From positions 10,393 to 74,392 of the forward strand of contig CAAEBO010000006.1 of assembly GCA_900754085.1 (NCBI GenBank): 64,000 nt of DNA, given 5' to 3'. Positions 1-9,193 of this stretch are shown piece by piece (position 1 is the stretch's first letter; each line of letters starts with the position of its first letter). This stretch comes from Clostridia bacterium (GTDB lineage Bacteria; Bacillota; Clostridia; TANB77; CAG-508). The translations under genes and the position numbers were made by a program. Under the pieces are notes generated by a model that searched no databases, had not been told where the DNA came from, and saw nothing but the letters and a program-made list of their open reading frames with translations.

Positions 1-152
1 ATTCACAAAAAAAACATCTTTTATCACAATACCTTAAAACATATTCATTTACTATATAGCCAACTATTTTCTCCACCTCTACTTGCTAAAGTATATTTTT
101 TTACTATTCCTTATCATTCATGCTATTTACAATTCTCTTCTGCATTCAGATT

Positions 153-1058
153 TTATTTTTTTCTTATTTTTGCTACGAAAAAGCCTTCATACAAATCTGT
201 TGGACTTACACATATAGTTCCATCTATTTGAGTATTTAAAAATGGTATATTGGGGAATAATTCTTTTTTTATTGGTACTATTTCTATATTATGCCTTTTC
301 ATTATTTCTTTTAATACTAATTCATTCTCTTCCTTTAATATAGAGCATGTAGAATACACCATTTGGTTTCCTTTTTTTAATAAATTTATTGCTTTATTTA
401 ATAACTGTGTCTGAAATTTTATAGATCTATTTAACAATTTTTCTGTAAATATTGTTTCTAGTTTATTATCATTAATATCTATAGTTCCACTTCCACTACA
501 TGGTGCATCTAGTAAAATTTTATCAAAAGATAAGAAGTTGTCTAAATCTCTAGAATCTTTTACAATTACACTAACTCTGGTCGCTCCTTGTTTTTCTATA
601 TTATATTTTAATCTTTCAGCCCTTATTTTGTTTTTTTCACATGCGGTTATATATGCATTATTATTTGATAATGCTACCATTTGTGTTGTTTTCCCACCTG
701 GTGCAGCTGCCATATCTAATATATTTTCATCTTCTTTTGGGTTTAATATTATTGCTGGTATCATAGAAGATAGACTTTGCAAGTATATTTCTCCATTTTC
801 GTATATGTCTAAATCTTTTATTTCTTTTTCTGTAACATTTTCTAATATTAGTGCAGATTCATACCAAGGAACTTCACTATATGTATAATTTAAATTAGTT
901 AGATGTTCTTTTACATGGTTTATACTAGTTTTTAGTGTATTTACTCTTAATGTTGTCTTTCTTTTTTTAGAATATCCACTTATTATTTTATTTATTACTT
1001 CTTCGCCATATTGTTCCATTAATAAATTATATAAAAAGTTTGGAATGTTGTTTGTCAT
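153..1058 (-). CDS. RsmB/RsmF (NOL1/NOP2/Sun) family RNA cytosine-C5 methyltransferase
   Basis: 301-aa ORF. SAM-binding motif DMAAAPGGKTT and catalytic Cys motifs DAPCSGSG and YSTCS. Confidence 0.8.
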   Translation of the reverse strand: MTNNIPNFLYNLLMEQYGEEVINKIISGYSKKRKTTLRVNTLKTSINHVKEHLTNLNYTYSEVPWYESALILENVTEKEIKDLDIYENGEIYLQSLSSMIPAIILNPKEDENILDMAAAPGGKTTQMVALSNNNAYITACEKNKIRAERLKYNIEKQGATRVSVIVKDSRDLDNFLSFDKILLDAPCSGSGTIDINDNKLETIFTEKLLNRSIKFQTQLLNKAINLLKKGNQMVYSTCSILKEENELVLKEIMKRHNIEIVPIKKELFPNIPFLNTQIDGTICVSPTDLYEGFFVAKIRKK

Positions 1059-1626
1059 TTAATTCTCCTTTATTTGCTTTATTTTCTTCTTTATATAAAA
1101 AACATTCTTTTCCATGTGAATATATAATTCCTATTGCTTGTAAATACGAATAAATAATTGTACTTCCTACAAATTTCATTCCTCTTTTTTGCAAATCTTT
1201 TGATATTTTGTCTGAAAGTTCATTTGTAGTTTTATCTGTTTCGTAAAGAATTATATCATTTGAAAAAGTTCTTAAGTAATTATAAAAAGAACCATATTCT
1301 TTTTGAATTTTTTTAAATATTTTACTATTATTTATTGTAGCATTTATTTTTAATTTATTTCTTATTATATCTTTATTTTGTAATAGTTCTTGTATTTTTT
1401 TATCATCATAATTGCATATTTTATTTATATTAAATTCATCAAATGCTTTTCTAAAGCTTTCCCTTTTGTTTAGTACACATTCCCAAGAAAGCCCCGCTTG
1501 AAAAGATTCCAATATTAGCATTTCATATAAATATTCATCTAAAAAATTTGGCTTACACCATTCTTCGTCATGATATTTTACATATAATTCGTTCTTTAAG
1601 TTACACCATTTACATCTTTTCTTCAT
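1027..1626 (-). CDS. tag: DNA-3-methyladenine glycosylase I
   Basis: 199-aa ORF with the Tag signature CKWC..YHDEEWCKP..LESFQAGLSW. The start ATG overlaps the stop of the upstream remnant (ATGA). Confidence 0.85.
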   Translation of the reverse strand: MKKRCKWCNLKNELYVKYHDEEWCKPNFLDEYLYEMLILESFQAGLSWECVLNKRESFRKAFDEFNINKICNYDDKKIQELLQNKDIIRNKLKINATINNSKIFKKIQKEYGSFYNYLRTFSNDIILYETDKTTNELSDKISKDLQKRGMKFVGSTIIYSYLQAIGIIYSHGKECFLYKEENKANKGELNDKQHSKLFI

Positions 1627-1838
1627 AATGCTGTTCCTTTCTTTGGTATGAAAAATTTATTATTTTCATTTTGTATAAATATGATAACTGTAATATAATA
1701 TTTTCCTTTTGGCACTATCTGACCTTTATAAATTGTTTCCCCAGTTAGTTCTTTATTTTCGTCATATAAGTCTCTTTTCTCCATTAAATTCTCCATATTA
1801 TCGTTTTCTTTAACTTTTTGGTTTATCTTTCCATTCAT
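1623..1838 (-). pseudogene. N-terminal remnant of a NUDIX hydrolase (no Nudix box)
   Basis: The segment MEKRDLYDENKELTGETIYKGQIVPKGKYYITVIIFIQNENNKFFIPKKG looks like the N-terminus of clostridial ~170-aa Nudix proteins. The ORF stops before any GX5EX7REUXEEXGU box and runs into tag. Confidence 0.5.
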
Positions 1839-2265
1839 GATAAAGAATGTCTTTTAAAACCAACATACTATCTAAGTTATTATATCCATATTCATCACTT
1901 AAATTATTAAGCATATTTCTAATTTCTAAAGCATACTTTTGTATATCCACTTTATCTTGGTATGTTGCAAGCACAGAATATTTTTTACTCCATGCTTTTG
2001 TCCAATTTATTTTAGATTCTTTTTCTTCATCACTATTTTTTATTACTTCTTCTATCTCTTTTATTTCTATATCAAATTCTATTAATTCATCTAAAGATAA
2101 ATTATATAACTTGGCTAATTTTTTTGATTGATAGACGTCTGGTATAGTTTCATCTGTTTCCCATTTAGAAATGGTTTGCCTACTTATTCCTAGCTTTTCT
2201 GCAACTGCTTCCTGTGATAATCCCATCTTTTTTCTTGCTTTAAATAAATTATTTCCTAAGCTCAT
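1810..2265 (-). CDS. XRE-family helix-turn-helix transcriptional regulator
   Basis: HTH_3 signature LFKARKKMGLSQEAVAEKLGISRQTISKWETDETIP. The start is moved to the ATG at 2265, which follows a GGAGG RBS. Confidence 0.8.
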   Translation of the reverse strand: MSLGNNLFKARKKMGLSQEAVAEKLGISRQTISKWETDETIPDVYQSKKLAKLYNLSLDELIEFDIEIKEIEEVIKNSDEEKESKINWTKAWSKKYSVLATYQDKVDIQKYALEIRNMLNNLSDEYGYNNLDSMLVLKDILYHEWKDKPKS

Positions 2266-2378
2266 TTTATCTACCTCCACATTAAGTGTACTATTTTAAT
2301 TAATTCGTTTCTATCGCTTATACTTTACAAATATGCTATTTTTATTAACATATTCTCTTGCATTATTCTTTGGCACAT

Positions 2379-3698
2379 TTAGTTGCAATTTTCTAAATTT
2401 ATAATTTTAGTTGAGACTTTTTTTATAAATGTTTCGTCATGTTCTACAAAAATAAGTGTAGGTTTACAATTTAAAATACTTTCTTCTATTTGTATTCTCG
2501 TTAATATATCAATATAATTTAAAGGTTCATCCCAAATATAAATATTGGCTTGTTCAGATATGCTCTTAGCAATTAGAACTTTTTTCTTTTGACCTTCGCT
2601 CATATCTTGTATATTCTTATCAAAATCTTCCTTTGCAAATCCCATTTTTACTAACATCGCTTTAAAAATACTCTCATCTATTTTATTTTCTCTTGAAAAA
2701 GCTTTTAATTCTCCTTTTAAACCTTCTGTGCTTTGTGATACATAAGATATTTTTAAATTATTTGCTAAAACTAATGGGGTTTTATTGCTTACTAAAGGAA
2801 TAATTTTTAAAGGCTCATTCCTATCCACATTTCTTAATAAATTAGTCTTTTCATTTATTGCTTTTTCAATTCGTTGTTCCATAACTTTTGATCTTTTCAT
2901 CATTTTAGAGGCTTTATGCCCTACAAAACCCTTATCTATTGTAGTTTCAGAATTATATTTTTTCTTTTTTCCATTTTCAGCCTCATCTGACCATTTGGCA
3001 GAATTTTTTGATGCTATTTCGAGCCTATCTATATCTTTTTGTAGTTTTTCGTTTTGCATTATCTCGAAATTATCTTTTTTTTCTTTATTTTCCTTCCAAT
3101 TAGAAAAGTTCCCTTGCATAATTTCTATATTAGTATTATTTATAGCAATTATATGGTCTACAACTTTGTCTAAAAAATTTCTATCATGAGATACTAATAT
3201 AAATCCCTTTTTCTTTTCTAAATAATGGACTAGATTATTTCTTGTTTCAGAATCTAAATGGTTTGTAGGTTCATCTATAAGTAAGAAATTATTTTCCTTT
3301 AGAAATAAACCTATTAAAAGTATTTTTACCTGCTCCCCACCGCTTAATAAATTAAAATTTCTATAAAGAATTTCTGGGGCTGTATTAAGCAAATTAACTT
3401 CTTTTATAATTTCCCAGTCATTGGCATTTGGTGCAATTTCATTTACTATTTCTATTGCCATTCTATTTTTATTTTCTACTTCGAAAGGAAAGTAACAAAC
3501 ATCAACATTTTTTGATATACTTCCTTTATATTTATATTTTCCTTGTAATAACTTTAAGAATGTAGTTTTTCCTTTGCCATTTCTTCCAATTAAACCTAAT
3601 TTCCAATTAGTATCTATATTAAATGTTACATCTTCAAATATTTTGTTATAGCTACCATCATATTCAAATGTTAAATTATTTACACTTATTAAAGACAT
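2379..3698 (-). CDS. ABC-F family ATP-binding protein (Lsa/ARE-like) with degenerate second NBD
   Basis: NBD1 has GRNGKGKTT, LSGGEQ and LLIDEPTNHLD, followed by a charged linker. NBD2 has MSEGQKKK and IYIWDEPLNYID but no Walker A. The start is set at the ATG at 3698 after a GGAGGAAGA RBS. Confidence 0.8.
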   Translation of the reverse strand: MSLISVNNLTFEYDGSYNKIFEDVTFNIDTNWKLGLIGRNGKGKTTFLKLLQGKYKYKGSISKNVDVCYFPFEVENKNRMAIEIVNEIAPNANDWEIIKEVNLLNTAPEILYRNFNLLSGGEQVKILLIGLFLKENNFLLIDEPTNHLDSETRNNLVHYLEKKKGFILVSHDRNFLDKVVDHIIAINNTNIEIMQGNFSNWKENKEKKDNFEIMQNEKLQKDIDRLEIASKNSAKWSDEAENGKKKKYNSETTIDKGFVGHKASKMMKRSKVMEQRIEKAINEKTNLLRNVDRNEPLKIIPLVSNKTPLVLANNLKISYVSQSTEGLKGELKAFSRENKIDESIFKAMLVKMGFAKEDFDKNIQDMSEGQKKKVLIAKSISEQANIYIWDEPLNYIDILTRIQIEESILNCKPTLIFVEHDETFIKKVSTKIINLENCN

Positions 3699-3831
3699 TC
3701 TTCCTCCATTTTTAATTATATATTTTTTCATTTTGATTATAGCATTCATCTTTATATTATACAATATATTATACAATTATCTAATTTGTATTTAAAAGTA
3801 ATTATTTTATCAAAAAGAAATAACCTAGAAC

Positions 3832-4088
3832 TTAATTTTGACTGTCTTTGATCTTACTATTTAAAGTAATTATCTCTGGTTTATGTCCTCCTAAAGCTAT
3901 TTCTTTGGCTTCTTCCGGAAATTCTGATTTTAATACTTCTCCCATATTTATACTATGATAATAATAGTTTCTAGTTACAGCTTTAATTTCTGATATTGGC
4001 AGACATATTGGGTAATAATTTGTTTTATCTCTTTCCGAACTTCATTTTTAACATTTTCCTCTACAAAATTAAGACTTTGCCTTTGCAT
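3832..4088 (-). pseudogene. Possible frameshifted small ORF of unknown family
   Basis: Two overlapping reading frames on the minus strand: MQRQSLNFVEENVKNEVRKEIKQIIT... and ...ISEIKAVTRNYYYHSINMGEVLKSEFPEEAKEIALGGHKPEIITLNSKIKDSQN. Together they read as one ~85-aa product interrupted by a frameshift. Confidence 0.25.
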
Positions 4089-4133
4089 ATTATTTTTCTA
4101 ATCTCATATATAATTATTACGAATCTTATATAA

Positions 4134-4167
4134 GAAAAAAAGACACAAAATGATTAATTTTGTGTCC
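4134..4167 (-). terminator. Rho-independent terminator of ssrA
   Basis: The minus strand reads GGACACAAAA-TTAATCA-TTTTGTGTC followed by TTTTTTT. Confidence 0.75.
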
Positions 4168-4171
4168 TAAT

Positions 4172-4526
4172 TGGTGGAGATGAGGAGAATCGAACTCCTG
4201 TCCACTAAACTTTCCATATAAATTTCTCCGAGTGCAGTTTGTTATTTAAATTTCCCATATATATCGGTTAACAAACAAAACAATATACATGGTATCTCTT
4301 AATTACCTACTATTCCAGAGAACTAATAGCTTTGTTTCCTACTTTAATTTGGCGCTTTATTTATAACAGTAGGCTTTATAATAAAACGACGTTGCAACTA
4401 GGCAGCGTAAGCTAATTCTTCGTTATTAGCGTTTATATTTATTCTTGCTTTTTTTAAGTGGCCAAAGCAACCATCCACTACTCGCTTTTCATACTTCTAG
4501 ATTAATGTCGAAACCATTACATCCCC
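4172..4526 (-). ncRNA. ssrA: tmRNA (transfer-messenger RNA)
   Basis: The minus strand begins GGGGATGTAATGGTTTCGAC and ends GGACAGGAGTTCGATTCTCCTCATCTCCACCA. An internal tag frame GCT AAT AAC GAA GAA TTA GCT TAC GCT GCC TAG lies at 4398..4430. Confidence 0.93.
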
Positions 4527-4587
4527 AAGTACATATTTATTTTACCACATATTTATTTTTTTCTCAATCTTAGTTTAAAATTTATAC

Positions 4588-5190
4588 TTATAAAATTTCT
4601 TCCATTTTTTCTATTAGATTATTTATTTTATCTTTAAAATCTTTACATCCGTTTATTATTACTCTTTTAGGATGAGTTTTATATGCTTCTAATATTTTAT
4701 TATCAATATTAATTGTGTTATTTCCTTCATCTCTTCTTGCTTTATTATTATCAAATGTATATAGTTCTGGCAACCTTTTTGCAACTGTTTCCATATGCAT
4801 AATACCAGCATAGTTATTTAATATTTTTTCATATGTTGTATTAAATTTATTCAAAATTTTTTCTAATTCTGTTTTGTCTAAATACATCATAGCATCAATT
4901 GGACCTCTATCATATATAATTAAATTTTTATTGTTTCTAGATAGTTCAATTGCTCTTTCATAAATTTTCTCTGTTTCAAGTTGCATTTTTATTAGCAGTT
5001 CTTGAAAGTTGTTTTCTCCTACTTTTGGTGCTGTAATTCCTCCAAGAATTAGCATAGTTGCTGTCTCATTTACTATATAAACGTCATACCCCTGCTTACT
5101 AAAATATTCTTTTATAAATGGTAACGATTCTGTTTTTCCTGCACAAGTTCCTCCTGTTAATAATATCTTTTTACATATTTTATTTTTCAT
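4588..5190 (-). CDS. P-loop ATPase (AAA_28/NadR-like nucleoside kinase family)
   Basis: 200-aa ORF with the N-terminal Walker A ILLTGGTCAGKTES. Its size and layout fit small AAA_28 ATPases. Confidence 0.55.
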   Translation of the reverse strand: MKNKICKKILLTGGTCAGKTESLPFIKEYFSKQGYDVYIVNETATMLILGGITAPKVGENNFQELLIKMQLETEKIYERAIELSRNNKNLIIYDRGPIDAMMYLDKTELEKILNKFNTTYEKILNNYAGIMHMETVAKRLPELYTFDNNKARRDEGNNTINIDNKILEAYKTHPKRVIINGCKDFKDKINNLIEKMEEIL

Positions 5191-5313
5191 CAGAATTCCC
5201 TTTCTATGTATATTTGCATAATAATACTAGCATATAATTCATGTTAATTATATAAATTTATGCTTACACTATAACATATTCTAAAATTTATAACAATAAT
5301 TTTGCAAAAACTC

Positions 5314-5342
5314 TTGCATATATTTTTTCATTATGGTATGAT
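5314..5342 (+). promoter_or_regulatory. Sigma-A type promoter for tRNA-Trp
   Basis: TTGCAT, a 17-nt spacer, then TATGAT, ending about 18 nt upstream of the tRNA 5' end. Confidence 0.5.
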
Positions 5343-5359
5343 GTTATTGCTTATTTTTT

Positions 5360-5434
5360 AGGGGTATAGTGTTAATGGTAGCACATCGGTCTCCAAAACC
5401 GCCTGTGAGGGTTCGAATCCTTCTACCCCTGCCA
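5360..5434 (+). tRNA. tRNA-Trp (anticodon CCA), CCA-3' encoded
   Basis: AGGGGTATAGTGTTAATGGTAGCAC...CTCCAAAAC...GGTTCGAATCC...TACCCCTGCCA. It has a cloverleaf with a 7-bp acceptor stem, the anticodon loop CT-CCA-AA and a T-loop GGTTCGAATCC. Confidence 0.93.
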
Positions 5435-5436
5435 TA

Positions 5437-5478
5437 AAAGGTTTGCTATTAACACTATTAGCAAACCTTTATTTTTTA
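5437..5478 (+). terminator. Rho-independent terminator after tRNA-Trp
   Basis: AAAGGTTTGCTA...TAGCAAACCTTT, a 12-bp stem, followed by ATTTTTT. Confidence 0.8.
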
Positions 5479-5524
5479 TTCTAAAATTCAATTTTGTTTT
5501 TATTTAAATATTGGAGGTATACTC

Positions 5525-6097
5525 TTGTTTAATAAATTATTTATAATATTCTTTATACTTTTACTTATCTTTACAACTTTTTTTACAACTTTATCATTTC
5601 CAACTGCAAACACAAATCTATTATTTAGTAACAATATTACTATCTCTAGTTATGGCTTCGCTTGGCCCATTCCTGGCTACACAAAAATCACTTCTCCTTT
5701 CGGGAAACGTAATTCTCCTACTGCAGGAGCTTCGTCTTATCACTATGGAACAGATATAGGTGCGCCAGAAGGAACAAATTTAATAGCCATAGATGATGGA
5801 AAAATTAGCTTTTTAGGATTCTTAGGAGCTGGTGGGTACACTTTAACATTATCATTTAATGAATTTAAAATTACTTATTGCCATATATCTCCTAATTATT
5901 TAGTATCTGAAGGTGATACTGTTTATAAAGGTCAAATTATTGCAAATGTTGGCCCTAAATATGTTTATGGAGTTCCTGGTAATAATTACACCGATTCTAC
6001 TGGTAAACCAACTAATGGTGCTACAACAGGTACACATTTACATTTAGGATTCCGTATTAATGATAAATATGTAAATCCTTTAGACTTTTTTCGATAA
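5525..6097 (+). CDS. M23 family (LytM-type) metallopeptidase with N-terminal membrane anchor
   Basis: Motifs HYGTDIGAPEGT and GTHLHLGF. TTG start 7 nt after a GGAGG RBS. Confidence 0.85.
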   Translation: MFNKLFIIFFILLLIFTTFFTTLSFPTANTNLLFSNNITISSYGFAWPIPGYTKITSPFGKRNSPTAGASSYHYGTDIGAPEGTNLIAIDDGKISFLGFLGAGGYTLTLSFNEFKITYCHISPNYLVSEGDTVYKGQIIANVGPKYVYGVPGNNYTDSTGKPTNGATTGTHLHLGFRINDKYVNPLDFFR

Positions 6098-6133
6098 ATT
6101 ATATATTTTCTCATATAGCTTCTTAATATATAA

Positions 6134-6166
6134 CAAAAAAACACATATATTCTATGTGTCTTTTTT
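6134..6166. terminator. Bidirectional terminator between convergent genes
   Basis: AAAAAAA-ACACATA-TATTC-TATGTGT-C-TTTTTT. The hairpin has an A-run on one side and a T-run on the other. Confidence 0.7.
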
Positions 6167-6174
6167 ACTAATAT

Positions 6175-6609
6175 TTACATATCATCTTCTAAGTCTTCAT
6201 CGTTATCATGGTGATTTCCACATCCTGTGCAAGAACTACATCCATCTCCACAACCATCTTCACAATCGTCATCACATGACCAGTCTAGCTCTATAATATT
6301 ATTGCATTCTGGGCATTTTACTTCTTTTTTATCTTCATCAAATTCTGTTTCAAATTGGTAATTGCAGTATGGGCAAACAATCTCTATATCGTATACATCA
6401 TTAATATATAACTCTTTTGTCATCTTATCTATTTTTTCTTCTAATTTAGCAATTTTTGCTTGGTTATCTTTGTTTGTATCATCCATTTTTTGTAATATGT
6501 CTGCTATTGTTTTTATAACATTTTCTTGAACATATTTTAAATCGTTTTCATCTTTAATATTTGTATTCATATCTAAAATTAGTTTTTGTAATTGCTCTTT
6601 TATTTCCAT
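6175..6609 (-). CDS. Zinc-ribbon protein with coiled-coil N-terminus and acidic Cys-rich tail (conserved clostridial efp neighbour)
   Basis: Motif CPYCN..x17..CPECN followed by CDDDCEDGCGDGCSSCTGCGNHHDNDEDLEDDM. I tentatively recall this as the 'CD1247 N-terminal domain' family. Confidence 0.5.
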   Translation of the reverse strand: MEIKEQLQKLILDMNTNIKDENDLKYVQENVIKTIADILQKMDDTNKDNQAKIAKLEEKIDKMTKELYINDVYDIEIVCPYCNYQFETEFDEDKKEVKCPECNNIIELDWSCDDDCEDGCGDGCSSCTGCGNHHDNDEDLEDDM

Positions 6610-6626
6610 AACAAAACCTCTTTCTT

Positions 6627-7193
6627 TTAGACTCTTTCCATATATTCACCAGTTCTAGTATCGATTCTTAATTTATCTCCTATTTCTACGAATAAAGGAA
6701 CACTTATTTCTAAACCATTTTCTAATTTAGCTGGTTTACCAGATGTAGTTGTTGTATTTCCACTAAATCCTGGCTCTGTATATGTAACTTCTAATTCAAC
6801 AAACATTGGTGGTTCAACTGCAAATACTTTTCCTTTATATGATACTATTTTCATATCCATATTTTCTTTCATGAATTTTAATGCGTCACCAATTTGTTCT
6901 TTATTTAATGGTATTTGTTCATATGTTTCATTATCCATAAAATAATATAAACCACCATCTTCATATAAATATTGCATATCTCTTTTTTCGATTTCTGCTC
7001 CTGGATATTTTTCAGATGGGTTAAATGTTTTTTCTATAACTGCTCCTGAAATAACATTTTTTAATTTTGTTCTTACAAATGCAGAACCTTTTCCTGGTTT
7101 TACATGTTGGAATTCTACTACCTTAAATACATTTCCATCCATTTCGAATGTTGTTCCATTTCTAAAATCTCCTGCTGAATAAACTTCTGCCAT
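6627..7193 (-). CDS. efp: Elongation factor P
   Basis: 188 aa. Contains [19 protein letters not shown] and the C-terminal [17 protein letters not shown]. Confidence 0.95.
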   Translation of the reverse strand: MAEVYSAGDFRNGTTFEMDGNVFKVVEFQHVKPGKGSAFVRTKLKNVISGAVIEKTFNPSEKYPGAEIEKRDMQYLYEDGGLYYFMDNETYEQIPLNKEQIGDALKFMKENMDMKIVSYKGKVFAVEPPMFVELEVTYTEPGFSGNTTTTSGKPAKLENGLEISVPLFVEIGDKLRIDTRTGEYMERV

Positions 7194-7354
7194 AATTATT
7201 ACCTCCTAATACTTTCTTTTTTCTCTTTTTGCACTTTTTTTATTTTACTACAAATATACATAAAATGCAAGTATATCAATATTTTTAATACTTATTTTGT
7301 AAAAAATATACATTTAACATTTTTATTTTACTTATTTTATTTTAAAATTACGTT

Positions 7355-8419
7355 TTAATTGTTTATTATAATATAATTTTTATCAGATTCTGTTAATTTT
7401 ATACAACCATTTTTTGTAACCAAAATTGTGTCTTCTATTCTTACACCAAATTTACCTGGCAAATAAATTCCTGGTTCATCTGTTATAATCATATTTTCTT
7501 TTAATAAAAAGTCTTTTCTACCTACAAATGGTTTTTCATGAATGTCTAAACCCACCCCATGACCTAAGCTATGGTCCAAAGTATAACCATTTACTTTAAA
7601 GTCACTTTCTACCATCATTGTTAATATTCTTGCATTTGCATTTTCTTGTATTGAGTCTAATACTAACTCTTGGTTTTTTAGGACTAACTTATAAATAGGC
7701 TTTATACCCTCTGGTACATATTCTACAAATATTGTTCTTGTCATATCTGAACAATATCCTTTATATCTACATCCAAAGTCTATAGTAATTGGATCTCCTG
7801 CTACTATTTTTCTGTCTGTTGGAATTGCATGTGGCATAGAAGAATTACTTCCAGAAGCTACAATTGTATCAAATGCCAATCCATCTGCTTCGTGCGTTTT
7901 AAAATAATGTTCTATTTCGAATGCAATCTCTTTTTCTGTCATTCCAACTTTTATAAAATTACAAATATGTTTAAAACAATCATCTGTAATTTTACATGCT
8001 TTTTGTATATAATTAATTTCCTCTGGTGACTTTATCATTCTATGTATTTCTATAAAATTATCTGTTTCTACTAAATTATTTATTTTATACATTTGTTTGT
8101 ATTCTTTATATTTAGCATATGTTACATAGTTTTCCTCAAAGCCTACATTACTACAAAACATAAATAAATTTTCATAATCTATTGGATCTATATCTTTATA
8201 ATCATACAATACAATTTCGTCATCTATTGTAAGTATACTATTAATGTGCTCTGTATACCTTGCATCTGTTATAAAAATATTCTCTTTCCTTGTAATTAGT
8301 AATACTCCTTCTGCATCAATTCCAGTTAAATATTTAATATTTACAGGATTAGAAATAATCATTCCATCTAAATCTATTGTAGATAATTTTTCTCTTAGCC
8401 ATTTAACTTTTTCATTCAT
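7355..8419 (-). CDS. Xaa-Pro aminopeptidase/dipeptidase (M24B family)
   Basis: Metal-ligand motifs DFGCRYKGYCSDMTRT, HGVGLDIHE, EPGIY and GVRIED. Confidence 0.9.
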   Translation of the reverse strand: MNEKVKWLREKLSTIDLDGMIISNPVNIKYLTGIDAEGVLLITRKENIFITDARYTEHINSILTIDDEIVLYDYKDIDPIDYENLFMFCSNVGFEENYVTYAKYKEYKQMYKINNLVETDNFIEIHRMIKSPEEINYIQKACKITDDCFKHICNFIKVGMTEKEIAFEIEHYFKTHEADGLAFDTIVASGSNSSMPHAIPTDRKIVAGDPITIDFGCRYKGYCSDMTRTIFVEYVPEGIKPIYKLVLKNQELVLDSIQENANARILTMMVESDFKVNGYTLDHSLGHGVGLDIHEKPFVGRKDFLLKENMIITDEPGIYLPGKFGVRIEDTILVTKNGCIKLTESDKNYIIINN

Positions 8420-8437
8420 TAATATCAGCCCCCAATG

Positions 8438-9190
8438 TTATACTTTATATAGTCCCAATGTAAAAATTTTAAGTAATACAAATAATATTGCACTAAATGG
8501 AACAAATATTGCTACATAAGAAGCAATTACTATAAATGGACCAAATGGTATGTAATCATCTATTTTTCTCTTTTTGCTTAATACTAATATTATACTAATT
8601 ATTGCTCCTAATAAGAATGATATAATTGATATTGCCAAAATGTTAGAAGCTCCAAAGAAAAGACCTAATGCAGATACTAGTTTTACATCTCCCATCCCCA
8701 TTGCTTCTTTTCCAGAAACTAATCTTCCTAATAATGTTAATATTCCAAATATTACTGTTCCTACTACCATTCCAAGTAACATATCCATTGCTAAATTAAT
8801 ATCTGATATTCCATATACAAATGTAAGTAATAATCCTGTTTCTGCCATTGTAAGTAATAATCTATTTGGTATTATACTGCTTTTAAAATCTATAATTGCT
8901 ACAGAAAATAGCATTGGTGTTAATATCATATATTTTATTAAATCTAAATTTTGTATAAAATCTGGCTTTAATCCAAACTTATATAATAGTAATATATATA
9001 TTATCGCTATTAATAACATATGTATGTAATGTGGCTCGAAATTTTTTGGGTATTCTGTAAAAAACTCTTTGTTAAACACCTTTTTGTGTTCTGTTAACCT
9101 TTTATTTATATGTGGCAATATATTACCAACAATTAAACCTAAAATTCCAAATGCAACATATATCATTATGTGAACATCATTAAAAAACAT
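8438..9190 (-). CDS. Prepilin (type IV leader) peptidase, A24 family
   Basis: Polytopic membrane protein with the IPN/GMGDVKL aspartyl-protease motifs. Confidence 0.8.
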   Translation of the reverse strand: MFFNDVHIMIYVAFGILGLIVGNILPHINKRLTEHKKVFNKEFFTEYPKNFEPHYIHMLLIAIIYILLLYKFGLKPDFIQNLDLIKYMILTPMLFSVAIIDFKSSIIPNRLLLTMAETGLLLTFVYGISDINLAMDMLLGMVVGTVIFGILTLLGRLVSGKEAMGMGDVKLVSALGLFFGASNILAISIISFLLGAIISIILVLSKKRKIDDYIPFGPFIVIASYVAIFVPFSAILFVLLKIFTLGLYKV

Positions 9191-9193
9191 ATT

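Noticed and set aside
1-152. Possible 5' end of a minus-strand gene leaving the window (a GAGGTGGAG RBS-like sequence at about 70-80).
   Set aside because: All three minus-strand frames hit stop codons within a few codons of any candidate start, so I treat it as intergenic.
3699-3831. A leader-peptide/attenuator structure upstream of the ABC-F gene, as is typical of inducible ARE ABC-F genes.
   Set aside because: The region shows promoter-like TATAAT boxes. It has no terminator or antiterminator hairpins and no separate uORF. The upstream ATGs are in frame with the gene and have no stop.
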